A stretch of DNA of 64,000 nucleotides from a virus (lineage: Duplodnaviria > Caudoviricetes). The stretch's first letter is position 1; every line of letters starts with the position of its first letter. The DNA is taken from positions 160,001 to 224,000 of IMG/VR virus record IMGVR_UViG_3300049144_000095; one strand, written 5' to 3'. The notes beneath the pieces were generated by a model, which was not told where the DNA came from, did no database searches, and saw only the letters and a list, made by a program, of their open reading frames with translations. The position numbers and the translations under genes are program-made. Of this stretch, positions 36,706 to 47,229 are shown piece by piece.

Positions 36706-37061
36706 GGCCGTCCCCCGTTGAGGAGGAGACCGAGTGAACCCCACCCCTGTCCCCCGGCTGCCGGGATATCAGGGGTGTTGTCGCGGAGTTCGAACTCCAC
36801 ACCGTCACCGTCGGCCCGGAGGGCCTGGAGGTGGTACAGCTTCAGCGGCTGGAGCGCTTCGAGGTTGAGCCAGCGATTGGGGTGCAGTCCGTCGCCGATG
36901 AACAGCGGCCCTCGACTGACGGCAGCGAAGCCGAGGTGAACATCCCCGGCGCCTCCGGTGATCACCTGAATGCCGTTCGAGCCGGTGAGGATGGTGATCC
37001 GCTCTCCGTCCTCCAGCTTGTGCAGGTCGAGTCTCCTGGCGCTGACGTGAATCACATCCAC
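36702..37061 (-). CDS. hypothetical protein
   Basis: 119-aa ORF in coupled operon. Confidence 0.6.
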   Translation of the reverse strand: MDVIHVSARRLDLHKLEDGERITILTGSNGIQVITGGAGDVHLGFAAVSRGPLFIGDGLHPNRWLNLEALQPLKLYHLQALRADGDGVEFELRDNTPDIPAAGGQGWGSLGLLLNGGRP

Positions 37062-37279
37062 ACCCCTTCCCTGCTCTGAAGGGCGACTTCTTCGAGTGCG
37101 TCCTCCAGGATGCTGGCGATCCTTTCGTACATCTCATCCTGGAGCCCTTCGGGCAGCTTCGAGACGTCAGCGAGGATCTTGTTCTGAAGGACGGTGACCC
37201 TGCCCTTGGGCGTCTTGGCCCCCTTCAGCTTGTTGTCCCACCACTCGTCGCGGTAGCTGCTGCACTCCGGTCGCGCCAC
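37052..37279 (-). CDS. hypothetical protein
   Basis: 75-aa ORF with RBS downstream of the promoter at 37338-37367. Confidence 0.6.
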   Translation of the reverse strand: MARPECSSYRDEWWDNKLKGAKTPKGRVTVLQNKILADVSKLPEGLQDEMYERIASILEDALEEVALQSREGVWM

Positions 37280-37337
37280 GTCTCTTCTCCTTTCCGGGGT
37301 CCCGGGCGAGCCGGGACTTCCCCCCTTTCCGGAGTCG

Positions 37338-37367
37338 AGCCTATCAGAATGGCCTAGGCCATGTCAG
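37338..37367 (-). promoter_or_regulatory. sigma70-type promoter with operator-like palindrome in the spacer
   Basis: CTGACA-N18-TAGGCT with ATGGCCTAGGCCAT (37349-37362). Confidence 0.6.
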
Positions 37368-38893
37368 CCCCTCTGGGTGGCGGCCTGCCGCTGCTGACGA
37401 GCGGGCGCCGGACGCAGTTCCCGCACGTTGCTGCCGGTGTCGATGCCCTCTTCGCGGGCCACCTCCTCGACCACGTCGCCGGTGAAGACGTCACCGGTGG
37501 GCTCGCAGTACGCGCGGGCCAGCTCTGCGTACTCTGCCGCCTGCGCCTTGGCGATGCCGCCCACGAAGTCGAGCACTTCAGGAATGGTCCGCTGCTCCTT
37601 CATGGCGGCCTCGGCGGCGGCCCGCAACGCCCAGACGATGCCGATGCGGATGCTGCGCTCCCTGAGGACCCGGGCGGCGCGAGTGGGCATGTCCGTACTC
37701 TCGAACGCCTTGGCCTCCAGCTCGCACAGGTACGGCAGCACCTGGCTGTAGGAGCCCTTGCCCATCTGCTCGATCTCGGCCGCCACCGTCTCGGGGGTGA
37801 TCAGCATGAACTCCCCCTGTGCCGCGATCCGGGCGATGGCGCTGACGGCGATGTTCAGCTTGGCGTCATCCTTGATGTCGGCCGGGTTGATGTCGTAGCT
37901 CATCCCGTACCGGAGCATCGAGCCGACCAACTGCTCCTGGACCGCCTGCTGGCTGAAGCCTTCGAAGGCGACCGGCTTCTGGGTGTGCCTGGCTTCGACC
38001 TGGATGACCATCTGCGGGCGCTGGTCGACCGTCTCGAACGGAACGATTTCGAAGTCGTCGAGGCCGAGCCCGTAGGAAACATGGTCCGAGGTGTCGGCCC
38101 CCTTCATGTCGACCGGAGAGCAGACAACCCTCACCTGCGGGCACATGCGGGACACGTCCTCGAAGACCTGCTGCGCATGCTCCAGGCCGGGGTCGTCGCA
38201 GTCGGCGACGATGATGACCTCCACGGCCCCCCTGAAGTACCTGGCGTACTCACGGAGCCAGGACCCGGCGCCCATGGGCGAGGTGGTGGCCGCCTCACCC
38301 ATGGACCACAGGAGGTCGGCATCCTTCTCGCCCTCGACGAACCAGATCCGACGACCCTCTTCGATGGCCTTCAGGATCTCCGGCAGCCGGTAGATGACGC
38401 GCCGGACACCCACCAGGTTCCAGCTCTTGCCGGACTTCTTCGTGGAGTCGGGCTGCCACTGCGAGAACCCTCGCGGGCACCCCTGCCCCTTGCGTGAGCA
38501 GCGGGCCGACGCGAAGAGCAGGACTCCCTTCTCGTCGGTATACCGGTACTCGGCCGCCTTGTGGCCCGAGCACGGCTCGGGGTCGTCCGGCTCTTTCTTC
38601 CTTCGCTGGCACGGCATCCACAGATCGGGCGCCATGCGCCGGTCACCGTCACGTCCGTCGCCGTCGAAGATGGCGGGCCATGGCAACTGGAGCGCTGCGA
38701 GGATGTCCGCGTTCTCGCAGTTGGCGTGGCACTTGAGCAGCGCACCCTTCTCACCCTGGCTGACGCTGAGCGACGCGGTGCCGTCGTCGTGCGCGGGGCA
38801 CTGGGCCGTGTAGTAGCCGCCGTGCGGGCGCACCCTGGAGCCGTGTTGGGCAAGTGCATCGAGCACGTTCTGAAGCCCTGACCCGTGGGTCAC
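37364..38893 (-). CDS. DNA primase (Zn-binding + TOPRIM)
   Basis: AQCPAHDDGTASLSV...KCHANC; WFVEGEKDAD...IIVADCDDPG TOPRIM motifs. Confidence 0.9.
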   Translation of the reverse strand: MTHGSGLQNVLDALAQHGSRVRPHGGYYTAQCPAHDDGTASLSVSQGEKGALLKCHANCENADILAALQLPWPAIFDGDGRDGDRRMAPDLWMPCQRRKKEPDDPEPCSGHKAAEYRYTDEKGVLLFASARCSRKGQGCPRGFSQWQPDSTKKSGKSWNLVGVRRVIYRLPEILKAIEEGRRIWFVEGEKDADLLWSMGEAATTSPMGAGSWLREYARYFRGAVEVIIVADCDDPGLEHAQQVFEDVSRMCPQVRVVCSPVDMKGADTSDHVSYGLGLDDFEIVPFETVDQRPQMVIQVEARHTQKPVAFEGFSQQAVQEQLVGSMLRYGMSYDINPADIKDDAKLNIAVSAIARIAAQGEFMLITPETVAAEIEQMGKGSYSQVLPYLCELEAKAFESTDMPTRAARVLRERSIRIGIVWALRAAAEAAMKEQRTIPEVLDFVGGIAKAQAAEYAELARAYCEPTGDVFTGDVVEEVAREEGIDTGSNVRELRPAPARQQRQAATQRG

Positions 38894-38957
38894 GTCGCAC
38901 TCACCCTTTCGTCTTGACCAAGTTCAGCCCTGCCCATGGCAAACCGTCCCTCGCACA

Positions 38958-39494
38958 TCATGCCGGTCGGTAGATCGGTCCGCTGCTGTCGTACACAACA
39001 GGAACCTCGAATCCCTCACCGTCCACCACAAGCGCATCACAACTCACCCGGATCACCCGGTTGCTGATGTCTCGTGATCCGTCGTCGAAATCCGGATCGA
39101 CCACCAAAACAGGTGGCGCGACCCTTTTCTTGATACGCCGCAGATTCCGAGGAGAGAGACGGGGTACATACACGAGATCAGCTCGTTCGACCTTCTCCCA
39201 GCCGGTGCCGCCGGTGTGCAGTGTGATCGGGAGCCGCCGCAACTCGCGGCTGGCGGACTGGGGGTCCCCACCGGCGAGCAGGGAGACCATCGCCTTCCAC
39301 ACGTCGTCGTCGCTGCGCTGGTAGGGCAGCAGCATCAGGGTCTTGGCGCCGGACACGGCCGCGCTGCACAACATCTGAGCCGCCAGCACCTCGGGGTACC
39401 CCCCCGTACCGTCTGTCACCAGCGTCGTCACGGTGCCCGTTTCCAGCCCCCATCCCGGCCGTGCCAGGGAGATGGGTCCTGCCGTGATCACCAT
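38958..39494 (-). CDS. degenerate DnaB-C-terminal-like protein
   Basis: GLETGTVTTLVTDGTGGYPEVLA aligns by eye with DnaB motif H1 but lacks GKT. Confidence 0.5.
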   Translation of the reverse strand: MVITAGPISLARPGWGLETGTVTTLVTDGTGGYPEVLAAQMLCSAAVSGAKTLMLLPYQRSDDDVWKAMVSLLAGGDPQSASRELRRLPITLHTGGTGWEKVERADLVYVPRLSPRNLRRIKKRVAPPVLVVDPDFDDGSRDISNRVIRVSCDALVVDGEGFEVPVVYDSSGPIYRPA

Positions 39495-39728
39495 TTCTTC
39501 ACCTCTCCGAAGGCGAGCGCAAACCTCAACTCGCGTCTGCCTCAATGTACTACATGGCCTGGGCCACTCGCACCAGTACGACAGTCCGCAGACGCGCGCG
39601 TGCCGGAAAGGGCTTGCTGAATCCCCATCATCCCCGTTGCCCTCACCCCCAATACGCCCCCAGCCGGGGTGAAGTCAGGCCAGGGCGCCTGCCCGTGGGC
39701 AGACCCCTGGCCCGCATGCCTTTCGAGC

Positions 39729-40202
39729 CTACCTGGCCCGAAACGTTGCTCCGTTGATTATCTCAGTGTCGGAAGCATTTATCACCCGTTGAACTACTTC
39801 CTGGATCTGTGGTAGATCCACCCAACGGAACTCCGAGGACGGGTTCATGGGGGCCTGCTTACCCTGCTTGATCAGCCTCTCCACTTGATCAAGCCATTGG
39901 TCACAGAGAGCGAACTTCGCCGCCTCGATGGTCCAGGCCATGAAGGATTCCCGTACCGCATCCCCGTGTTCGGCCAACTTCGCCCCCGCCAGCCGCTTGC
40001 GGAAGGCCTCGGCCTTCGTGAACGCCTTCCGGTACCTGTCGTTGACCCACTTGCGTTCCTCACGGACGCGCGGCAGGTCCCACTCCTCCAGAACCTCCAG
40101 CTCGCCGGGTTTGACCAGGCGCCCCAGGGGGCCCAGGTCGTCGGCTATCAGGAACTCGTCCTCGACCACACCGCACCCCCCGGAACGTGCACTCACCGTC
40201 AC
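39729..40202 (-). CDS. hypothetical protein
   Basis: 157-aa ORF between helicase and primase. Confidence 0.65.
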   Translation of the reverse strand: MTVSARSGGCGVVEDEFLIADDLGPLGRLVKPGELEVLEEWDLPRVREERKWVNDRYRKAFTKAEAFRKRLAGAKLAEHGDAVRESFMAWTIEAAKFALCDQWLDQVERLIKQGKQAPMNPSSEFRWVDLPQIQEVVQRVINASDTEIINGATFRAR

Positions 40203-40241
40203 GTTTCATCTCCTTTCCGATCCTGCCTTAACGGCCGCTTC

Positions 40242-41606
40242 TCACCAAGCGTCCGAAATGCGCACTCCCGGCGGCAGGAACCGCTGGCGCATGCCATCGA
40301 AGATCAGTTCGTCGACCCCGACGGTGCCGTGCCGGTTCTTGATCGTGTGCGCCTCCGCCTCACTCCCCGGCTTGCCCTCCACGAACCTCCGGTGCAGCAG
40401 CATGATCGTGGAGGCCGCGTTCTCGATCTTCGCGCCGTACGAGATGTCGTTGACGTTGGTCGGCGCCTCCTCCTCCCTGCCCGGCATCGGCTTCTTGAGC
40501 TGGGCGAGAAGCAGTAGATGCCGGTTGAGAGTCAGACTCGTGTCATGCAGGCGCGAGACCGTCTCGTCCATCCTGGCGCGCATGTCGTCGGTGTGCCGGT
40601 CGGACGCGACGGACTGGGCGTAGTCGACGATGAACAGCCGGGCACCCATGTCCCGGACCGCCTTGCGGGCGAGCAGGTGGATCTCGCCAGCCGTCGCACC
40701 CGGAACGAACTCCACGCGGAAGTTGCGGTTCTCCGCCTCCCTCTCGGCGAACTTGTACACCCGCTCCCTCTGGTCGGCGGACAGGGTGTTCTCGCGTATG
40801 TCGCTGTAGGGGATGGACAGCTCCGCTGCCGCACGGCGCTGGATGAGGTCGGCGGGCGACATCTCCAGCGAGAAGAACACGACCGGCGTGTCCTGCTTGA
40901 GCGCCACGTTGCGGCCCACGTCTCCGGCAAGAACGGTCTTGCCGATGGCGCTCCGTGCGGCGATGCAGGTCATGTGGCCCGGATGCATGCCCGACGTACG
41001 TTCATCCAGGTTGCCGTACCCGAAGAGCAGTCCCGGCTCCCGCTGGCGCAGCCCGAGGATGACCCCCAGCCCCTCCTCCACCAGACGGTCGCGCTCGTAT
41101 CGCGAGTTGGGCGCCTCCCCGTCCTCGACCGCGCTGGCAACCTGGGAGAAGGCGTCGGAGATCGCGACGTCGGCATCCTTCTCCCCGGAGCGCACCAGCC
41201 GTGCGCCGCCCTCCATGGCCTGGGAGACGACGCGCCTGCGGTACAGGTCCCTGAGGATGCGGGCCCCTTGCACCGCCCCGACCGGTCCCTCGGCATTGCC
41301 GGAGAGCCAGTGGACACGTTCCATGATGTCGGCATCCAGGACGCCCTCCCGGCGGAGAGCGGCGATGATTCCATGGGCGGCCGTCGAACTGCCGCTCACG
41401 AGGCACTGCATGAACGCCTCGTAGATCATCTGATTGTGCTCGACGGTGAAGATCGCCGAGCCCGCCTGCCCGAACGTCTCGATGACGTCCTCGCGCGGGT
41501 CGAGCGGATGCCCTTCACCGTTGAGGAGGGCGCCGAGGACCGCGTTCTCCACGGTCTCGTCCATCAGCAGCGTCGGCCTGCCGGGCAGACCTGACACATT
41601 AGTCAC
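40242..41606 (-). CDS. dnaB: replicative DNA helicase DnaB
   Basis: ENAVLGALL N-domain; GMHPGHMTCIAARSAIGKT, FFSLEM, FIVDYAQ, LLLAQL, IKNRHG. Confidence 0.95.
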   Translation of the reverse strand: MTNVSGLPGRPTLLMDETVENAVLGALLNGEGHPLDPREDVIETFGQAGSAIFTVEHNQMIYEAFMQCLVSGSSTAAHGIIAALRREGVLDADIMERVHWLSGNAEGPVGAVQGARILRDLYRRRVVSQAMEGGARLVRSGEKDADVAISDAFSQVASAVEDGEAPNSRYERDRLVEEGLGVILGLRQREPGLLFGYGNLDERTSGMHPGHMTCIAARSAIGKTVLAGDVGRNVALKQDTPVVFFSLEMSPADLIQRRAAAELSIPYSDIRENTLSADQRERVYKFAEREAENRNFRVEFVPGATAGEIHLLARKAVRDMGARLFIVDYAQSVASDRHTDDMRARMDETVSRLHDTSLTLNRHLLLLAQLKKPMPGREEEAPTNVNDISYGAKIENAASTIMLLHRRFVEGKPGSEAEAHTIKNRHGTVGVDELIFDGMRQRFLPPGVRISDAW

Positions 41607-41630
41607 GAATGTCGCCTTTCTGAGTACCGG

Positions 41631-42692
41631 TCAGAATGTCCGTCGCCGCATCTTGCGACCCAGCACCGCCAGGCGCTCCCGCGTGGCTTCGTCGTCGGCC
41701 GAAGGCGGAAGCTCGACAGGCGTCTTGGGCTCGGTCTTCACGGGGGCCGGACCGTCCCACGGGATGTCTCCGAGGTCCACAACCTTGTCGCCCACCACGA
41801 TGACCCCGTTGTCCTCCTGGTGCGCCGGAGGAGGGGTGCCGAGGTCGGCAGCCTTCTTGCGAAGGAACGACTCAACGCTGAAGATCTTGTCTGTGACCAG
41901 CAGGGAAAGCTTGGAGGCGATATCGGCGGGGCTCCAGCCTTGCTCCATGGCCGGTGCGCAAACTTCGGCCACCCGCTGCGCTTCGCCCCCGAGGAGTCCC
42001 TGACGGTTCATCCCCTTGCCGTGGCAGTTGCGCACCAGCAGGCGTGCCAGCTCGTCGACCTCGGAAGAGGGGCCAGTCTGGACCTCTGCCGCAGGCGACC
42101 CGGCGTCACCCTGCTCCTCCATCACCCCGGAATCAGGGCCCGGCTCATCGTGCACCTCGGGCAGAAGGTTGCGGTCCTCGCGGTGCCCGTCCTCGAAGTT
42201 CTCCTCAGCCTGACGGGAGGCGGCCCTCGCCTCGTTGTTCCGCTGGGAACCGAGACGCACTCCAGTCACCGCCGGGATGCCGGGCATGTCATCCTCCAGG
42301 CGCTGGTAGTACGCCTTGGTGCCGCAGCGCTTGGCGACCTTCTTCGCCTGGTCGTAGCCGTTGGTCGGGCCGCTGATCCGTCCGCGCGGGTCGACGACGA
42401 AGGCGATCACGAACCCGGAGCCGTCCTGGGGTTCGTTCAGGCGGATGAGCACGCCCTTGCTGATCAGCTCGTTGAGCCCGCGCCGGGCGGTGACCGCCGT
42501 CATCGGCTTCTGCCAGTGAGACGTCATCTCGGTGAACCAGCTCGCCGTGACATGCACGGAGTGGGGGACGACGCCGTTGCGCTCGAACGAGGCGTTGCAG
42601 CGCAGCAGCATGTAGACGGTGCGGGCCGCCGGTCCGAGTTCCATCAGGGCGACGTAGTCGTCCGCCAGTGAGAAGGTTGGCTTGGTCCCCAT
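41631..42692 (-). CDS. putative replication initiator (N-terminal wHTH)
   Basis: DDYVALMELGPAARTVYMLLR...TARRGLNELISKGVL; directly upstream of dnaB. Confidence 0.6.
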   Translation of the reverse strand: MGTKPTFSLADDYVALMELGPAARTVYMLLRCNASFERNGVVPHSVHVTASWFTEMTSHWQKPMTAVTARRGLNELISKGVLIRLNEPQDGSGFVIAFVVDPRGRISGPTNGYDQAKKVAKRCGTKAYYQRLEDDMPGIPAVTGVRLGSQRNNEARAASRQAEENFEDGHREDRNLLPEVHDEPGPDSGVMEEQGDAGSPAAEVQTGPSSEVDELARLLVRNCHGKGMNRQGLLGGEAQRVAEVCAPAMEQGWSPADIASKLSLLVTDKIFSVESFLRKKAADLGTPPPAHQEDNGVIVVGDKVVDLGDIPWDGPAPVKTEPKTPVELPPSADDEATRERLAVLGRKMRRRTF

Positions 42693-42780
42693 AGTCTGGT
42701 ATCATCCTTCGTAGGTTGGTTTTGGATCTGGGGCCCTGTGACAGCAGGGCCCTTTTTCTGTGCCCTCAGCCGCTGTGCCG

Positions 42781-43164
42781 TCAGCCGTAGGTGACGACCG
42801 GCTTGCCGTCCACCTGAACGCGCCGGTCGATGAGGGTCTGGACCTTCGGCGGGTAGTCCTGAAGCCGGAACCGGATCCGCCCGTTGGCGTAGTCGGCGAC
42901 CTGCGTGATGGCCCCGACCTCCATCAGCTCCTGGATCGCGGCGTAGCCGTCACCCTTGGCGAAGGCGTTGGCCTGCGGGCGGGTCAGGGTGATCCGCGTG
43001 CCGCCGGACTCGTCGTCCTTGGCGGCGAAGCACATCATCACGTAGAGCCGGATCGTCTCGGGGCGCAGGTCGAGAGCCAGCACCCAGTCGGAGACCCAGG
43101 TGTACTGGCCACCCTCGTGCATCTCGGCCATCTCGTCCATGTCCATGGTCTGCTTGGCGGTCAT
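42781..43164 (-). CDS. small wHTH protein related to initiator N-termini
   Basis: YTWVSDWVLALDLRPETIRLYVMM...AIQELMEVGAI. Confidence 0.6.
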   Translation of the reverse strand: MTAKQTMDMDEMAEMHEGGQYTWVSDWVLALDLRPETIRLYVMMCFAAKDDESGGTRITLTRPQANAFAKGDGYAAIQELMEVGAITQVADYANGRIRFRLQDYPPKVQTLIDRRVQVDGKPVVTYG

Positions 43165-43186
43165 GTCTTCTCCCTTCCAGGGCGGA

Positions 43187-43216
43187 ACACTAGCCGTCGT
43201 ATGGCCTAGGCCGCAA
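43187..43216 (-). promoter_or_regulatory. promoter of the replication operon with GGCCTAGGCC palindrome
   Basis: TTGCGG-N18-TAGTGT; palindrome at 43203-43212. Confidence 0.6.
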
Positions 43217-43977
43217 GGGTGTCCGCGAAAAACCCCAGGAATGAAGGCAAGCCCCCTTGATCATTTCTGTCAACCCCCGTGCAGGCTTCCGCCGGGCAGC
43301 GGGGCGGCTCCCGACCCCCCGTCAGATCGTCATCAATCGAGCAGATTTGTCCAGTGGCAAATTGTCATAGTTCATGCGGGTCTCACGACCGGCCAACGTT
43401 TCACATCCAGAAGAAACCCCTCGGCCACAAAAGTGAGATCTCCTTCGACATCTGTGAACGAACGGCGAGCCCCTGACCTGCGTGGATTGCGTAACCCCCG
43501 GCGCAAGAAGGTAAGAACCTCATCGGTCTACGGCGTGCGCTGGCGACCGTCGTTGACCCGAGGCTGCCCAGTCGGCCCAGCCCGTACCGGGTACCGGTCG
43601 GACGGTCGCCAGCGCACGCCTCCCGCCGGAGTGCAAGCGACTGTCGTCCTCCCTCCGCCATCGCTGCGCGATGGCTCCCTTCTTGACCGCCCGGCTGACG
43701 CCGTCCGGCCTGAGGGGGGAGGACTTGCTCCGCCTCTTCGTTCGTGTTCCTGGCCTGTCCTGCGTGCGCGGCCCCGGGGCTGGGCGAGCGCCATCTGTTG
43801 ACGGTGCACCTGCCGACGGCGGCTGCTGGCTCGCTTGGGTTTCTCTTGGATCGTGATGTACCGAGATTCCCCGTTCGGGTCTTGTGCCGGTTTTACGGCG
43901 TCCATGGCCCAGGCCACTTTGTGCTAGGTTCGTAGCCGGGTTAAAGGACCCCGTCGGAAGGGTGAGAGGGTGATCAT

Positions 43978-44322
43978 GTGGTGACGGCTGTGTGCAGTCA
44001 GTCGACGGATGGGCTGGAGGCCCTGTTCGCTTCAGCCTGGAGCATCTACCAGGAGTTGGCGGCTTCGGAGGCTCCGGAGGCGGCTCGGCCGGTATCGCTG
44101 CGGTGGCGCTTCGACAGCTCCCTGCGGACCCTGGAGGCAGCGCTGGCGGCCGACGGTCGGGTGGGCGTCAGTACCGTACGACCGGAATGCTTCTGGCTGC
44201 CCGTGGAGCGGGAGACGGAGATCCGGCTGGCACAGTGGGCCCTGCGCCACGGAAAGATCGCTCAGGCGGGGTTCGCCGACACGGTGAACCGGAGCCACCG
44301 GCTCCGCCGGTCGGCATCCTGA
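43978..44322 (+). CDS. hypothetical protein
   Basis: 114-aa ORF; TAGGTT -10-like box at 43925. Confidence 0.5.
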   Translation: MVTAVCSQSTDGLEALFASAWSIYQELAASEAPEAARPVSLRWRFDSSLRTLEAALAADGRVGVSTVRPECFWLPVERETEIRLAQWALRHGKIAQAGFADTVNRSHRLRRSAS

Positions 44323-44552
44323 GTCGCCATCTCCGATCAGGGCACCAGGAGGACCCCTGTGAACGCGCAGGGGTCTCCTTTTTGATCACATTTGCCCAAC
44401 TCCCTTGTGGTAGAATGGATTTCACGGAAAGGAGAAGGTGAGCGCCCGTACCTCGCGAGGCTTGCGTGACGTTCACCCGTAAAGGAAGGTGCTTCTGTGA
44501 CTTCCGAACGGAACACCCCCTGCGGTACGCGGATCTCGCAGGAGCGAGGGGC

Positions 44553-44936
44553 ATGACCCTGAACTCGGACAGTTCCGAACCGTGCGTTTTCTGCGACATC
44601 GTGACCGGGCGCTCGCCCGCCGAGTGGGTTGTACTGCCGGACCACTGGGATGATGTGGTTGCTTTCCTGGCGGACCGCCCGATTGCCGACAGGCACACCC
44701 TGATCGTCCCGAAAGCTCACGTCCGTGACTTTGCGTCAGACCCGGACATCTCTGCCCGGGTGATGCGGTGCGCAGCCGAGCTGGTGCACTTCTCTCCGCA
44801 ACCTATGGCCATACTGTCTCTGCGTGGTGAAGCGGCAGGTCAGGAAGTCATGCACTTCCATCTTCACCTGATACCGAGATCCGCTGGCGACGGTTTGCGA
44901 GTCATTTCACGTAAAGGGGGCGGGCGTAAACGATGA
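44553..44936 (+). CDS. HIT-family nucleotide hydrolase
   Basis: CVFCDIV...HTLIVPKAH...GQEVMHFHLHLIPR histidine triad. Confidence 0.92.
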   Translation: MTLNSDSSEPCVFCDIVTGRSPAEWVVLPDHWDDVVAFLADRPIADRHTLIVPKAHVRDFASDPDISARVMRCAAELVHFSPQPMAILSLRGEAAGQEVMHFHLHLIPRSAGDGLRVISRKGGGRKR

Positions 44937-45196
44937 CAGAGTCTGACGTTCTCACCGACCTGGACGAAGAGGTCGAGTACAACGGCAAGTTGATCGCCAT
45001 TCGGGACCTTCCCGTATCCGTCCGCCCTCACTTCGGTTACGGGCACTTTCCCGAGCACGGCGATGAGGTTGTGCCGCATCCGGACGGCGAAGCCTGGCCG
45101 TACACGCCGGAGAAGTGTCTTCGGGCTGACGACATGCGCGGCCTGTGGATCGAAGAGCGTCTGGTGTGCACCGGATGCGGTCTCGACGTCACCTGA
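44933..45196 (+). CDS. small zinc-ribbon protein
   Basis: C-terminal LVCTGCGLDVT; coupled to the HIT gene. Confidence 0.55.
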   Translation: MTESDVLTDLDEEVEYNGKLIAIRDLPVSVRPHFGYGHFPEHGDEVVPHPDGEAWPYTPEKCLRADDMRGLWIEERLVCTGCGLDVT

Positions 45197-45207
45197 GGGA
45201 GGCTGTC

Positions 45208-45813
45208 ATGAATCACACGGCAATTCCGGAACTCATAGCCGACGGCGTGCCCCGGTGGCGCGACCGCATCGGCCGCAGGCGCTTTCCCTGTGAACAGTGG
45301 GGCCTCGACCACTGGTCTCTCCTGGCCTACGTCGAAGTCCGGGTGACCGACCATCAAGGGGCGATCGACTGGAACATGCTCACGCTCTCGCGCCGGAACT
45401 GGCCGGAGCTGTGGGCTGCCCGGAATCCCTACGAGACGGCCCCGGCCCAGGACGCGGCGGATCAGTACGGCCTGCGGGTGAAGAGTGCCGACGGGGAAGA
45501 TGAGCTGGTTCTGGGCCACTGCGAGGCGGACGCCCTGATGGATCTCGTCGACCACGGTCTCGTGACCATCACCATGCCGCCCGTCAGCGCGACGGGCCAG
45601 AGCTACCTTCGCGCCGACGGGCACGCCCTGAGCCACCCGAGTCCGTATGAGCCCGTCACCGGGCTGACCGAGAAGCTGCTGATGCCGTGGGCCACGTTCG
45701 GCCTCACTGAGCGAGGCTGGTTCGTGGCGTCGCAGCTCCGGAAGCACCGGGGAGCCCGCCGGAGCCCGGCTTCGTTTTCGATGCCCGACGGTCTGGAGGC
45801 CGTGGGGCCGTAA
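45208..45813 (+). CDS. hypothetical protein
   Basis: 201-aa ORF with GGAGG RBS. Confidence 0.7.
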   Translation: MNHTAIPELIADGVPRWRDRIGRRRFPCEQWGLDHWSLLAYVEVRVTDHQGAIDWNMLTLSRRNWPELWAARNPYETAPAQDAADQYGLRVKSADGEDELVLGHCEADALMDLVDHGLVTITMPPVSATGQSYLRADGHALSHPSPYEPVTGLTEKLLMPWATFGLTERGWFVASQLRKHRGARRSPASFSMPDGLEAVGP

Positions 45814-45990
45814 GGCCCGGGTGACGTAAAGACGGCAGCGGAAGAAAAGATCTTCCGCTGCCGTTGGCGTACGCCGGAGCAAGCCACGGGGATACCGTGG
45901 GCCACCGGACCGCTGAGGCGATGCGAACGGAACACAGTCCGGCCTGCGTGCCGGTGGAACGGCAAGCGACCGGAAAGGGAAGGAACACGG

Positions 45991-46479
45991 ATGAGGGTGC
46001 AGCGCTCCAGCAACGTCAACGCGGGGCACGGCGTACAGGACTACAGCAACGGCGACAGGGCGGCGCTCCTGTTCATGCGCACGGGTGACGAGGAGGTCTT
46101 CGCCGCCCTGTCCAGGGTGTTCGCACTGCATGAAGCGCCTACCGTCGACCTGTGTCACGCAGCCCCTGACCCTGACAGGACTGCCGGGGGCTGCGTGATC
46201 CGCAACAACGGGATCCTCGTCACCATCCAGTCCGTTGTCCATCCGTCCGCCCGCAGCGGCGGACCGGGCATGTACGGGTTGAGTCTTGACTTGACATGGG
46301 GGGAGACGTCCCCGGTGTGGACCGAAGCGGCCCTGAAGAACGGCTACGTGACGGCCTGCCTGATTTCCGAGAGTCGCTACGAACGGGCCACCTCGCTCAA
46401 CGGCGACGGCCGCAAGGTCGTGGACACGGCGAAGATTCCGTCGGTGCCCGTGCTCAAGCTGGGGGCGTTGCTCGGATGA
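45991..46479 (+). CDS. hypothetical protein
   Basis: 162-aa ORF with RBS. Confidence 0.65.
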   Translation: MRVQRSSNVNAGHGVQDYSNGDRAALLFMRTGDEEVFAALSRVFALHEAPTVDLCHAAPDPDRTAGGCVIRNNGILVTIQSVVHPSARSGGPGMYGLSLDLTWGETSPVWTEAALKNGYVTACLISESRYERATSLNGDGRKVVDTAKIPSVPVLKLGALLG

Positions 46480-46853
46480 CTGCGCCGCGAAGCATGGACA
46501 TCGCCGACTACCAGAACGAGGTCACGGATCGCGCGGGCCCCCCGAGCGGTGGCGCTCCCGTCGACATGAGCGAGCCACGCCGCGTGCTGACCTGGAACGG
46601 CCAAATCCTGGGCGGGGCGTCCAACGGGGAGGGCCGCAACGACTGGACGTCACGTCGCAACGTCACGGTGCATGTGGCAGTGACGGGCTCCGGCTATGCG
46701 TACGGTGCGTCCGTTGCGGCGTGCAACGGATCCGTGGAGCTGGGGTACCAGGCTGAGCTGTGCGATCTCGTGAAGATCTCCGAGGTCGACACCGGCCTGC
46801 TGTGCCGCCGTCCGGCGTGCCGCGCACTGAGGAACCTGTCGACCGAAGAGTGA
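46476..46853 (+). CDS. hypothetical protein
   Basis: ATGA overlap with upstream gene. Confidence 0.6.
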   Translation: MTAPRSMDIADYQNEVTDRAGPPSGGAPVDMSEPRRVLTWNGQILGGASNGEGRNDWTSRRNVTVHVAVTGSGYAYGASVAACNGSVELGYQAELCDLVKISEVDTGLLCRRPACRALRNLSTEE

Positions 46854-46959
46854 CTACCGTCACGGCCGTACCGTCCAGTCCTGGACTCTCAGCGGAGCCG
46901 TTCACGGCGAAGCTGAACTCAATGCGCCGCAGTCCGTGCGGCCTTCGGAAGGAGAAAAG

Positions 46960-47229
46960 ATGCAGCCCACCGTCATTGTTGCGTTCGTCAACACCCGGTC
47001 GACCCCCGAGGAGTCCATTCGGCGCCTGGTCCAGGCGACCAACTACAGCGACACCATGCTGTCCCACAGCGCCCTGCGGACCCTGGTCGCGCTCACTGCC
47101 ATGGCGCACCCCACCCACAAGGAGGGTGACATCGTCTCGCAGACCGTTCCGACGGCGGATCTCGACCAGCTCGAACAGCTCGGCTTCATCGCGAAGCCCG
47201 AGGACTCGATCGGAATCGAGCTGATCTGA
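46960..47229 (+). CDS. small protein, paralog of 47347..47607
   Basis: F.N.....EES..RL.QA......S..ALR.LV..T..AH......L......G.I. Confidence 0.65.
   Translation: MQPTVIVAFVNTRSTPEESIRRLVQATNYSDTMLSHSALRTLVALTAMAHPTHKEGDIVSQTVPTADLDQLEQLGFIAKPEDSIGIELI

Noticed and set aside
43217-43460. Replication origin in the lower-GC gap upstream of the initiator operon
   Set aside because: No repeats or DnaA-box-like arrays were visible; explained adequately as a divergent promoter region
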